From an uncultured Acidobacteriaceae bacterium (lineage in GTDB: Bacteria; Acidobacteriota; Terriglobia; Terriglobales; Acidobacteriaceae), in the NCBI GenBank assembly GCA_964236945.1, contig CAXSGC010000001.1, positions 107,341 through 171,340 on the forward strand: 64,000 bases of DNA. Direction: 5' to 3'. The notes beneath the pieces were generated by a model. The model made no database searches and was not told where the DNA came from. It saw only the letters and a program-made list of their open reading frames with translations. A program made the position numbers and the translations under genes. Positions 39,465 through 49,052 of this stretch are shown here, one piece after another (within the stretch, counting starts at the first letter, position 1; each line of letters opens with the position of its first letter).

Positions 39465-40496
39465 ATGCGAGACAAGGGCAGGACGGGAGGCGAGCTCGAT
39501 CTGATCGGGCAGATCCGCGATCGGTTTCGCGGGATCGGGAGCCCCAGGGTCGCGCTTGGCATCGGCGATGATTGCGCTGTGCTCCGTGCTCCGCCGGGGT
39601 CGGAGATCCTGGTCACGACCGACATGTCGCACGAGGGGCGGCACTTTCGCCGGGATCTCCATTCGGCGGAGTCTGCCGGGCATCGGACGCTGGCGCGAGG
39701 TTTGAGCGACATTGCCGCGATGGGAGGCGATCCGATGGCGGCCTTTCTTTCTCTGGCCCTGCCCCGAGAGAGCCTGGAAACGGCACAGGGGCGGCGGTGG
39801 TTTGGGCGCTTTCTGGACGGCATGCACGCGCTGGCGGAGCGGACCGGAACGCCGCTCGCCGGGGGCGATACGGGCGAGACCGCGGGTGCGCTCCTGATGG
39901 CAGATATCTGTGTTCTGGGATCGGCTCCGCGGGGGACGGCGCTCGGCCGGAGTGGGGCTCGGCCGGGCGACCGAATTTACGTGACCGGAGCCTTGGGAGG
40001 GGCGGCAGCTGAACTGCAAGGAATGCTCTCTCGACCCGGGCGGTCCGATGCTCGGCGGCGTGGGCCGCAGAGCTTTCCGGAGCCCAGACTGGGGGCGGGG
40101 CGGGAGCTCCGTCGGCGACGTCTGGCGACCGCGTGTATCGACGTGAGCGACGGCTTGTCGACCGACCTGACGCATCTCTGCCGAGCCTCGGGGGTATGCG
40201 CTTGGATCGACCTCTCGGCCTTGCCGATTCACACCTTCGCTCTCGGCCTGAAGGGCGAGGGGGAGGCTCGGCGGGCGATGCTCGATGGCGGCGAAGACTA
40301 CGAGCTGCTGTTTACGGCGAAGTCGAGCGCGAGAGTTCCGCGGCGGGTTGGAGGGGTAGCGATCACGGAGATCGGACGCGTGACCGAGCGTCCGCCTCGC
40401 GCGAGCCGAGGCCAAAAGGTCTGGATTACGGGCGTCGACCCGGACGGCCGACCGGTGCCGATCCCGCCGGGAGGTTGGGAGCACTTCCGATCGTGA
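39465..40496 (+). CDS. thiL: Thiamine-monophosphate kinase
   Basis: GIGDDCA, TTDM, SDIAAMGG, GGDT, RSGARPGD, DVSDGL, GGEDYELLF. Confidence 0.95.
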   Translation: MRDKGRTGGELDLIGQIRDRFRGIGSPRVALGIGDDCAVLRAPPGSEILVTTDMSHEGRHFRRDLHSAESAGHRTLARGLSDIAAMGGDPMAAFLSLALPRESLETAQGRRWFGRFLDGMHALAERTGTPLAGGDTGETAGALLMADICVLGSAPRGTALGRSGARPGDRIYVTGALGGAAAELQGMLSRPGRSDARRRGPQSFPEPRLGAGRELRRRRLATACIDVSDGLSTDLTHLCRASGVCAWIDLSALPIHTFALGLKGEGEARRAMLDGGEDYELLFTAKSSARVPRRVGGVAITEIGRVTERPPRASRGQKVWITGVDPDGRPVPIPPGGWEHFRS

Positions 40497-40633
40497 ACTC
40501 CTCGAAACCGTGAACGCCTGTAACAAGGCCCGGGACGAATTTTGAGCGCATCCCATCTCCGATGGTCCAGGGCTTCCGGCTGATAGCAGCTGATAGGGCT
40601 GATAGCATTTGGGGGCCGGGGTTTACGCCAAAG

Positions 40634-41791
40634 ATGCGGGACAGCACGGAGGTAATTCGATCGACCTTGACCGAGCCGCGCGCAGGCGAGCCGATGCACG
40701 CTGGACCGGTGTTTGCCGCGCCCTTCCACGTTCCCGGCGATCCGGCGGAGGTACGGTACAGCTACGGTCGATCCGGCAATCCGACCTGGACGGCGCTTGA
40801 AGGCGCGATTGCGGCGATGGAGTCCGGGTCGGGGGCGGGGTCCGGGTGCGGGTCCGGCTCGGGGCCCGGGTCTGGGGTGAAGGCTCTGGTGTTTGGGTCG
40901 GGCATGGCGGCGTGTACGGCGGTCTTCGGCTCGCTTCTGCGTCCCGGCGATGCTGTGGTGATGCCCGCCGGCGGCTACTTTACCGCGCGCATGTTGATCG
41001 AGGAATACTTCGCGCCGATCGGCATCGAGCTCCGGCTGGCGCCCACCGCCGGCAACGCGCAGGAAGGCTGTCTGGCGGGAGCGAAGCTGCTCTGGATCGA
41101 GTCGCCCAGCAACCCGGGGATGGAGATCTGCGACATCCGTGCGCTGTGCGACGCGGCGCACAGGTTGGGTGTGCTGGTGGCTGCCGACAACTCGACCGTC
41201 ACGCCGCTTGGCCAGCGCGTGCTGGAGCTTGGGGCCGATCTCAGCGTCGTCTCCGATACCAAGCTGATGACGGGGCACAGCGATCTTCTGCTGGGGCATG
41301 TGGCGACGAGGGACGGCGATCTCCACAACCTCCTCGAGCGGTGGCGCACGATGACCGGAGCCGTGCCGGGGCCGATGGAGGCTTGGCTGGCCCTGCGTTC
41401 GATCGGCACACTTCCGTTGCGCCTGGAGCGGAGTTCCGAGAACGCGCTCGCGATTGCGCAATTTCTGCTGACCCGGCCGGAGGTCCACCGTGTGCTCTAC
41501 CCGGGGGTGGCGGGCCACCCGGGCCACACGATCGCAGCGGGGCAGATGCAGCACTTTGGACCGGTGCTCAGCTTTGAATTGCGCGACCAGGCCGCGGCCG
41601 AACAGTTTCTGGCGTCGGCGCGGCTGATCACGGAGGCGACCAGTTTCGGAGGGATTACCACGACGGCCGAGCGGCGCGGACGTTGGGGTCACGACGCCGT
41701 CGCTCCCGGATTTATCCGCATGAGCGCGGGCTGCGAGGCGGTGGAGGACCTGATCGACGACATGGCTCAGGTGCTGGACCAGATCGGTTGA
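40634..41791 (+). CDS. Cystathionine gamma-lyase/synthase family PLP enzyme
   Basis: YGRSGNPT, SGMAA, ESPSNP, DNST, SDTKLMTGHSD (PLP lysine), YPG, SFGG, IRMSAGCE. Confidence 0.92.
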   Translation: MRDSTEVIRSTLTEPRAGEPMHAGPVFAAPFHVPGDPAEVRYSYGRSGNPTWTALEGAIAAMESGSGAGSGCGSGSGPGSGVKALVFGSGMAACTAVFGSLLRPGDAVVMPAGGYFTARMLIEEYFAPIGIELRLAPTAGNAQEGCLAGAKLLWIESPSNPGMEICDIRALCDAAHRLGVLVAADNSTVTPLGQRVLELGADLSVVSDTKLMTGHSDLLLGHVATRDGDLHNLLERWRTMTGAVPGPMEAWLALRSIGTLPLRLERSSENALAIAQFLLTRPEVHRVLYPGVAGHPGHTIAAGQMQHFGPVLSFELRDQAAAEQFLASARLITEATSFGGITTTAERRGRWGHDAVAPGFIRMSAGCEAVEDLIDDMAQVLDQIG

Positions 41792-42390
41792 GCGACAGCC
41801 GGGTTGAGGGCGGTTTCGAGGACGCCGTTTTTGAGCGGACGTGGAGGGCGGATGTGCTCCCGGCGCCGCCGATGATTGCGCCGGCCCGGCAGTTTACCTA
41901 CCCGGTGCGCGTGCCGGGGGAAGACGAGGCTCTGGCGCGCGGGGCGCTTCTCGTCGACGTTCGGCCGCGAGTGGGTGGGAGCTTTCTGGCGACGTGTGCG
42001 CTTGGATTTGAGAGCGCTTCGCTCCCATCGGCGGTCTTCGCGTGCCCTGGGCCGGACGATCTGTGCGCGCTCGCCGGAGGGTACGCGTATGTTCTCGACA
42101 CAACCGATCCGGCGCGGGCGGCGACCGTTCCGCTAAAGCCGGTGGTCGAGGTCAGACCGTTGCCGGAGGTCGGTTTGCTGCTGTTTGTCGGCTTCCATGC
42201 GATCGCGGCGTGGGGCGCGGAGGGGATGCGATGGTTGAGCGACAGGCTGAGCTGGGAGGGCGTCAGCGTCGGCGAGGTCGAGGGATGGACACTCGGGGGC
42301 TCTGGATGGGACATTCGCTCGGACAAGGAAATTCCGTTTGCGCTCGATCTCCGGACGGGCAAGCACACCGGCGGAGGCTACCGCCTGTGA
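41788..42390 (+). CDS. Hypothetical protein
   Basis: In-frame TTG overlapping the upstream TGA; ends DLRTGKHTGGGYRL. Start uncertain (ATG 41872 is an alternative). Confidence 0.65.
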   Translation: MSDSRVEGGFEDAVFERTWRADVLPAPPMIAPARQFTYPVRVPGEDEALARGALLVDVRPRVGGSFLATCALGFESASLPSAVFACPGPDDLCALAGGYAYVLDTTDPARAATVPLKPVVEVRPLPEVGLLLFVGFHAIAAWGAEGMRWLSDRLSWEGVSVGEVEGWTLGGSGWDIRSDKEIPFALDLRTGKHTGGGYRL

Positions 42391-42399
42391 TCCCAGCGA

Positions 42400-43014
42400 T
42401 TACGGATCGGTCCCTGCCGCGGGTGGGACGGCGTAGAAGCTCAGGGCCGCGTCCCCCTGCTTGAGCGTGCGTGTCTGCTGGAGCGCGCCGAAGCTGCCCG
42501 GGAGTGGGAGCTTGCTCCCATGCTCGGCGACGACGAGGGCTCCCGGGGCGAGCAGGGCGGCGACGCCGCGAGCGCTTCCGAGCAGGCCCAGCGTGGAGCT
42601 GTAGGCGAGGTTGTCGGTGTACGGCGGATCGAGGTAGACGAGATCGAACCCGGTGGCATTTCCCGCGTTGTTGCCAGGGCCAGCCTGATGCAGGAGGCGA
42701 TCGAGCACCGCCTCCACCTTGCGCTCTTCGAGGGTCCAACCGGCAGTGACGCCGAGCGCGTGGAGATTGAGGCGGATGGTCCCCGCTGCGGGCCGGGCCG
42801 CTTCGGCGAAGAGCACGTACGCCGCGCCCCGGCTCAGGGCCTCGATGCCAACCGCGCCGGTGCCGGCGAAGAGATCGAGAAAGCGCGCGCCGGCGATCCG
42901 TGGGGCCAGGATGTTGAAGACGGTCTCGCGTAGACGGTCGCTGGTGGGCCGGGTCAGGAGGCCGGCGGGGGCACGGAGCGCTCGCGAGCGAAAGGTCCCG
43001 GCGATCACACGCAT
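42400..43014 (-). CDS. rsmD: 16S rRNA m2G966 methyltransferase
   Basis: MRVIAGTFRSR, RPTSDRLRE, LDLFAGTGAVGIEALSRGA, YLDPPY. Confidence 0.95.
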   Translation of the reverse strand: MRVIAGTFRSRALRAPAGLLTRPTSDRLRETVFNILAPRIAGARFLDLFAGTGAVGIEALSRGAAYVLFAEAARPAAGTIRLNLHALGVTAGWTLEERKVEAVLDRLLHQAGPGNNAGNATGFDLVYLDPPYTDNLAYSSTLGLLGSARGVAALLAPGALVVAEHGSKLPLPGSFGALQQTRTLKQGDAALSFYAVPPAAGTDP

Positions 43015-43105
43015 GGGGCTTATCGTAAATGGATCGCGGGCACCCGCGAGGATGCGGGGACGCGAACTCGCCACGCCCCGTGTCAAAGCAATCTAGAATA
43101 GACCT

Positions 43106-44227
43106 ATGCGCGAATGGAGCTTTCCGATTGGAACCCTGCTGGGCGTAGAGCTTCGGGTGCACGTCTCCTTTTTGCTTCTGCTGGGGCTCGCGATGAGCTA
43201 CTCGGTGACGCTGACGGGGACGGCCGGACGCGGCCTGGGTTTGTGTGCCTTTCTCCTCCTGGCGTTGCTTTTGCGCGAGACGGCGCGAGCGATCGCGGTG
43301 GCGGCGATGTCGCTCGATCTGAGCGGGATGCTGCTCCTGCCGACCGGCAGCGTGCTCCGCTACGGGACGGCGGAGGCGAATGAACGGGCGCATCGGCCCG
43401 AGGTGATCCGGCGGCTGGCCCTGCTTGGGCCGCTTACCAACATCGGCACGGGGCTGGTTCTCGGATCTCTGATCCTGGCCTTCAGCCCGCTCGTTCAGCT
43501 CACAGATCTGCCGTGGATCACGCCCGCGCACCTGCTTCGAGCCGCCGTCTGGATGAACCTGCTCCTGGGCGCTGTGAACCTGCTTCCGGTGGCGCCGCTC
43601 GATGGCGGAGAGCTCTTTCGCCTCGGCCTGCAGGGTATGCCGGCCGGCCTGAGGAGCCGAAGCGCATTTCGCAGCCTCGGCCGCCTCATCTCCGTGGCCA
43701 TAGCCGCCGTGGGTCTGGCGCTGCGCAATCCGTGGCTGACCACCTTGGGCGCGTTTCTTGTCTTTACCGGACCTCTCGATCAGGGCTCCGATCCCGCCGC
43801 GACGGACGCCGGCACGGAGAAGGAACCCGTGCGCATCAGCGACGTCATGCTGGTCGACTTCAATACCCTTTCGGCGTCGGATACGCTCGAGGATGCGCTC
43901 GATCGTTCCGTGCACTCGCTGCAGGACGTCTTTCCTGTGGTGCGACGCGGAAGCATGGTCGGCGCGGTGTCGCGGCAAGGCATCCTCGAAGCCCTGCAGA
44001 CCCACGGCAACGGCTACATCCAGGGCGTAATGACGAGGTCCTTTGCCACCGCCCAGCCCGGCGACGCCCTGATGAAGACGCTGGGGCGCATCATGCTTGG
44101 GCGCGGTGTGCAGCTGGTGCCGGTGCTCGACGGCGATCGCATCGTCGGCATCCTGACACCGCAAAATCTGTCGCAGTCCATGCGTCTGCTGGACCGAGGG
44201 CGAAGACTGCGGCGTCAGGTATCGTGA
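43106..44227 (+). CDS. Site-2 protease (M50)-like membrane protein with CBS domains
   Basis: LRVHVSF, LGPLTN, NLLPVAPLDGG and two CBS domains. The canonical HExxH appears as RETAR, so it may be catalytically degenerate. Confidence 0.82.
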   Translation: MREWSFPIGTLLGVELRVHVSFLLLLGLAMSYSVTLTGTAGRGLGLCAFLLLALLLRETARAIAVAAMSLDLSGMLLLPTGSVLRYGTAEANERAHRPEVIRRLALLGPLTNIGTGLVLGSLILAFSPLVQLTDLPWITPAHLLRAAVWMNLLLGAVNLLPVAPLDGGELFRLGLQGMPAGLRSRSAFRSLGRLISVAIAAVGLALRNPWLTTLGAFLVFTGPLDQGSDPAATDAGTEKEPVRISDVMLVDFNTLSASDTLEDALDRSVHSLQDVFPVVRRGSMVGAVSRQGILEALQTHGNGYIQGVMTRSFATAQPGDALMKTLGRIMLGRGVQLVPVLDGDRIVGILTPQNLSQSMRLLDRGRRLRRQVS

Positions 44228-44268
44228 GCGGCCCAGGTATCGTGAGCGGCCCAGACTTGTGAGCCGCC
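44216..44268. repeat. 18-bp tandem duplication spanning the M50 stop and the rsmI start
   Basis: CAGGTATCGTGAGCGGCC x2, then degenerate CAGACTTGTGAGCCGCC. Confidence 0.85.
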
Positions 44269-45197
44269 AGGACGATCCTCCTCCGGCGGAGGAAGCGGCA
44301 GAGATCGCGCCCGGACCTCCCCGGCCGCTGGCGCCCGGGCTCTACCTGGTGGCGACCCCGATCGGCAACCTCGAGGATATGACGTTGCGCGGCCTGCGCG
44401 TGCTCAGGTCCGCCGACCGGATCGCGTGCGAAGATACCCGGCAGACCGCCAGGCTGCTGCACCATTTCGGCATCCACAGGCCGACCGTGAGCTACCACAA
44501 GCACAACGAGCTGGCCAGGACGGCGGAGCTGATTGCCGAGCTCACCGCCGGCGCTCGCATCGCGGTCGTCAGCGACGCGGGCACGCCGGGTATCGCGGAC
44601 CCGGGCGGCGAGCTGGTTGCGGCTGCCATCGCTGCCGGCGTGCCTGTTGTTCCCGTTCCCGGAGCGAATGCTGTGGTTGCGGCCGTGATCGCGAGCGGAC
44701 TTGCGACCGACGGCGGCTTCGCCTTTCGCGGATTTCTGCCGTCCAAGGGCGGAGATCGACGGAACGTTCTCGAGGCCTTGCATGCTCGCCTGCGGGCAGC
44801 CGAACCCGCCATCGGGCCAGCCCCGGTGGAGGTCTTCTACGAGACGCCGCACCGCATCGTCGAGGCGCTCGCAGACGTCGAGGCGGTGTTTGGCGCCGGG
44901 CACCGGATCGCGATCGCCCGCGAGCTTACAAAGATGCACGAAGAGTTCTTGCGCGGGACGGTCCGCGAGGTGCGCGGGGTGCTGGCGCAGCGAGACGTCG
45001 TGCGCGGCGAGATGGTGCTTCTGATCGAGGGCACCGTGGCTGCCGGCGTGGGTGAGACAGTCTCGGTCGCCGAGGCGGTCAGGCGTTTGGTTCAGGCGGG
45101 CACCGACGAGAAGGACGCTCTAAAGCAGGTGGCCCGGGATCGCGGCATGGGCAAAAGCGAGGCCTACCGGGAGTGGCAGAGGAGCCGATCGCGCTGA
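44259..45197 (+). CDS. rsmI: 16S rRNA Cm1402 2'-O-methyltransferase
   Basis: LYLVATPIGNLEDMT, CEDTR, VSDAGTPGIADPG, FYETPHR, ARELTKMHEEF. Confidence 0.96.
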   Translation: MSRQDDPPPAEEAAEIAPGPPRPLAPGLYLVATPIGNLEDMTLRGLRVLRSADRIACEDTRQTARLLHHFGIHRPTVSYHKHNELARTAELIAELTAGARIAVVSDAGTPGIADPGGELVAAAIAAGVPVVPVPGANAVVAAVIASGLATDGGFAFRGFLPSKGGDRRNVLEALHARLRAAEPAIGPAPVEVFYETPHRIVEALADVEAVFGAGHRIAIARELTKMHEEFLRGTVREVRGVLAQRDVVRGEMVLLIEGTVAAGVGETVSVAEAVRRLVQAGTDEKDALKQVARDRGMGKSEAYREWQRSRSR

Positions 45198-45235
45198 GGG
45201 TGGGTGGCTGGATGGCGGTATTCCGGATACTTCGG

Positions 45236-45709
45236 TCAGTCCAGCGGGCCTCCGGAGATCTTTCCCGTCTCCGCGTGCAGACGCTGGCGAACGGTACTTT
45301 CGCGCCCTTTGACGCGATCGTAGACATACACGTCCGACGTCGTGCCGAGGCTCTCGTTGTAGAGCGAAAGGCCGCCGGTCGCCTCCTTCAGCTCCTCGGC
45401 GAAGCTGTGGATGGCACGCAGCTTGTCGGCGGTGGCGGGGATCTCAAGACGGTTCGTCTTGAGGAATTTCTGGTAGCCGCGGTCCAGAATGACGCTGATC
45501 TCGCCGTTCAGGAGCCACCCTGGATGCGCCAGCATCTCAACCGTGTCGCCGGGGCCGGCCCCAATCTCCGCCGCGCATCCGTACTTGCGCACCTGAAAAG
45601 CGGCCGCGGTGCGTTTTGCACCCCCTTGCGCCGGCGCGACATCAAATCGATGTGTGCCGAGGGCGGAGAGAATGTCGTTGAAACTTCGCTGGTGGACCTT
45701 TTTGGCCAT
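45236..45709 (-). CDS. Hypothetical protein
   Basis: 157-aa ORF filling the gap, with protein-like composition (GYQKFLKT, YNESLGTTSD, YDRVKGR). Confidence 0.7.
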   Translation of the reverse strand: MAKKVHQRSFNDILSALGTHRFDVAPAQGGAKRTAAAFQVRKYGCAAEIGAGPGDTVEMLAHPGWLLNGEISVILDRGYQKFLKTNRLEIPATADKLRAIHSFAEELKEATGGLSLYNESLGTTSDVYVYDRVKGRESTVRQRLHAETGKISGGPLD

Positions 45710-45831
45710 AAGTTAGACTCACGTTTACTGTCGCACATCGGCCCCGGCGCATCAACGCGCAAGCGGCCGGCCGAGACCATCCCTGAGGCTCAGGGGGCGG
45801 TCGAGACAGAGTTGAGCCAGGGACTGAGCGG

Positions 45832-46812
45832 ATGGTGGCTGTCGAAAAATCGCTGGGCACGAGCATCGGGGAGCTGGGCACGAGCATACTCGGTCGCATC
45901 GGCAACACGCCGCTGGTGCGTCTGGGCACGCTGACCGCCCACATGCCCGGAGTGCAGATTCTGGGCAAGGCCGAGTGGGCCAATCCGGGCGGATCGGTGA
46001 AGGATCGTGCGGCCTCGGCCATCGTTCTCGATGCGGAACGCCGGGGCGAGCTGCGGTTTGGCCGGCGTGCGGGCTCGGCAAGGGGACGGGCCCTGCTCGA
46101 CGCCACCAGCGGCAACACCGGCATCGCGTACGCCATGCTGGGCGCGGCGCTCGGCTTCCCGGTGACGCTGTGCATGCCGTCCAACGTTTCGCCGGAGCGG
46201 AAGAAGTACCTTGCCGCCTACGGTGCGGAGATCTTGTGGACCGATCCCGGGGCCGGCTCCGATGGCGCGATTCGCAAGGCGCGGGCGCTCGCCGAAGCTG
46301 AGCCCGAGCTCTACTTCTACGCCGACCAGTACAACAACGAGCAGAACTGGAAGGAGCACTACCGCGCCACGGGCGACGAGATCTGGCGGCAGACGGAGGG
46401 GCAGATCACGCACTTCCTCGCCGGCCTGGGCACCAGCGGAACGTTTATGGGAACCACGCGGCGGCTGCGCGAACTGAACCCGGCGATCCGTTGCATCTCC
46501 ATGCAGCCCGATTCGCCGTTCAACGGCCTTGAAGGCCTGAAGCATATGTCGACGGCGATCGTTCCCGGAATTTACGATCCCGCGCTGGCCGACGAGAACA
46601 TCGAGATGGAGACCGAGAAAGCTTACGTGATGGCGAAGCGGCTGGCGCATTCCGAGGGTCTGCTGGTCGGGGTCTCTGCCGCCGCGGCTGTGGCGGCTTC
46701 GCTCCAGGTCGCCGAACGCGAGGCCCGCGCCGGACGCGAGGCGGTGGTCGTCACGGTCCTCTGCGACTCCGCCGAGAAGTACATGAGTGAACGCTTCTGG
46801 ACGGAGGTGTAG
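45832..46812 (+). CDS. PLP-dependent cysteine synthase family protein (CysM-like)
   Basis: IGNTPLV, NPGGSVKDR (PLP lysine), ATSGNTG, DQYNN, GLGTSGT, KYMSERFW. Confidence 0.93.
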   Translation: MVAVEKSLGTSIGELGTSILGRIGNTPLVRLGTLTAHMPGVQILGKAEWANPGGSVKDRAASAIVLDAERRGELRFGRRAGSARGRALLDATSGNTGIAYAMLGAALGFPVTLCMPSNVSPERKKYLAAYGAEILWTDPGAGSDGAIRKARALAEAEPELYFYADQYNNEQNWKEHYRATGDEIWRQTEGQITHFLAGLGTSGTFMGTTRRLRELNPAIRCISMQPDSPFNGLEGLKHMSTAIVPGIYDPALADENIEMETEKAYVMAKRLAHSEGLLVGVSAAAAVAASLQVAEREARAGREAVVVTVLCDSAEKYMSERFWTEV

Positions 46813-46816
46813 GCCG

Positions 46817-47398
46817 ATGCTCTCCTTGAGCTACGCGGACTACCAGGCGATCCGCGCCCATGGCGAAGAGACCTATCCGCACGAGTGCTGCGGGATTCTT
46901 CTCGGAACGCACGCGGCGGGGAATGAGCCCACGGCGAGCGCCCCGGGTGCGGGCGGCAATGTGGTCCGACGCGTCCTGCGCGCGGGCAACACGCGCACCG
47001 ATTCGGCTCACAATCGTTACCACATCGCTCCCGAGGAGCTGGTGCGAGCGCAGCGAGAAGGTCGCCGCGACGGCCTCGACATCGTCGGCTTCTACCACTC
47101 GCATCCGGACCACCCCGCTCAGTGGTCGGCGACCGATTTTGCCGAGGCGCACTGGATCGGCTGCTCCTATGTCATCACGGCCGTTGAAAATGTCATCACG
47201 TCCGTTGAAAATGTCATCACGGCCGTTGAAAAAGGCCATGCGACGGTTACAAATTCGTTTTTACTGCAGGGCTCCGACGAAGAGAGCAAGGTCTTCGTGG
47301 ACGAGGCGCTCGAGATCGACGTCACCGGCGTGGACGACCGCGACGCGAAGCTCGCCGCCGAGCAGAGCATACAGGTTCTAGAGGGAGAAATCAGATGA
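46817..47398 (+). CDS. JAMM/MPN+ (M67, Mec-like) metalloprotease
   Basis: YPHECCG and FYHSHPDHPAQWSATD (E...HxH-x7-S-x2-D). Confidence 0.92.
   Translation: MLSLSYADYQAIRAHGEETYPHECCGILLGTHAAGNEPTASAPGAGGNVVRRVLRAGNTRTDSAHNRYHIAPEELVRAQREGRRDGLDIVGFYHSHPDHPAQWSATDFAEAHWIGCSYVITAVENVITSVENVITAVEKGHATVTNSFLLQGSDEESKVFVDEALEIDVTGVDDRDAKLAAEQSIQVLEGEIR
47171..47233. repeat. In-frame 21-bp triplication inside the JAMM gene
   Basis: GTCATCACG(G/T)CCGTTGAAAA(T/A) x3, encoding VITAVEN VITSVEN VITAVEK. Confidence 0.93.
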
Positions 47399-47682
47399 AG
47401 ATTCACATTCCGACACCGCTGCGGGCGTACGCCGGCGGCCAGGAAACCGTTGAAGTCGGCGCAATGTCGGTGCAAGGCGCTCTCGATGCGCTTACGATGA
47501 GCGCGCCCGAGTTGCGCAAGCACCTCTTCACCGAAGACAACAAGCTGCGGTCGTTTGTCAACGTCTACCTGAACGACGACGACATCCGGTATCTGCCCGC
47601 CAAAGAGGCGACAGGAACCGGCCCGGACGACGAACTGACGATCATTCCATCGATCGCGGGCGGCTCGCTGAATTATTTGTAA
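47395..47682 (+). CDS. MoaD/ThiS (CysO-like) ubiquitin-fold sulfur carrier with C-terminal extension
   Basis: IHIPTPLR, LRSFVNVYLNDDDIR, IIPSIAGG followed by SLNYL. Confidence 0.93.
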   Translation: MKIHIPTPLRAYAGGQETVEVGAMSVQGALDALTMSAPELRKHLFTEDNKLRSFVNVYLNDDDIRYLPAKEATGTGPDDELTIIPSIAGGSLNYL

Positions 47683-47728
47683 CCGTGAATGTTCGCGGTT
47701 TTTGACCTTGTAACATGCACCGTTACAA
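47677..47728. promoter_or_regulatory. Candidate operator: three TTGTAAC heptamers
   Basis: TTGTAAC at 47677 and 47708, inverted GTTACAA at 47722 (perfect 7-7-7 palindrome). Confidence 0.5.
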
Positions 47729-47793
47729 ACGTTTGGGTTCGCCCCCCGTGACACTTCCGTCCTGCTCGATCCGGGCGAAAAGGAGTACGCACC

Positions 47794-49029
<1,236 letters not shown>

Positions 49030-49052
49030 GGCGGCGGTTCCGTGAAGCCGCT

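Noticed and set aside
43087-43114. CTAGAATAGACCTATG as a Bacillus-type dif site
   Set aside because: Spacer is one base short and the arms are not inverted; better explained as a -10 box before a leaderless ATG.
42263-44164. Long alternative-frame and antisense ORFs (e.g. 42263-44164, 19663-21255, 26246-27865, 50986-53022, 40298-41692, 3738-5114)
   Set aside because: Shadow ORFs typical of high-GC DNA: Arg/Pro/Ala-rich, motif-free and overlapping well-supported genes.
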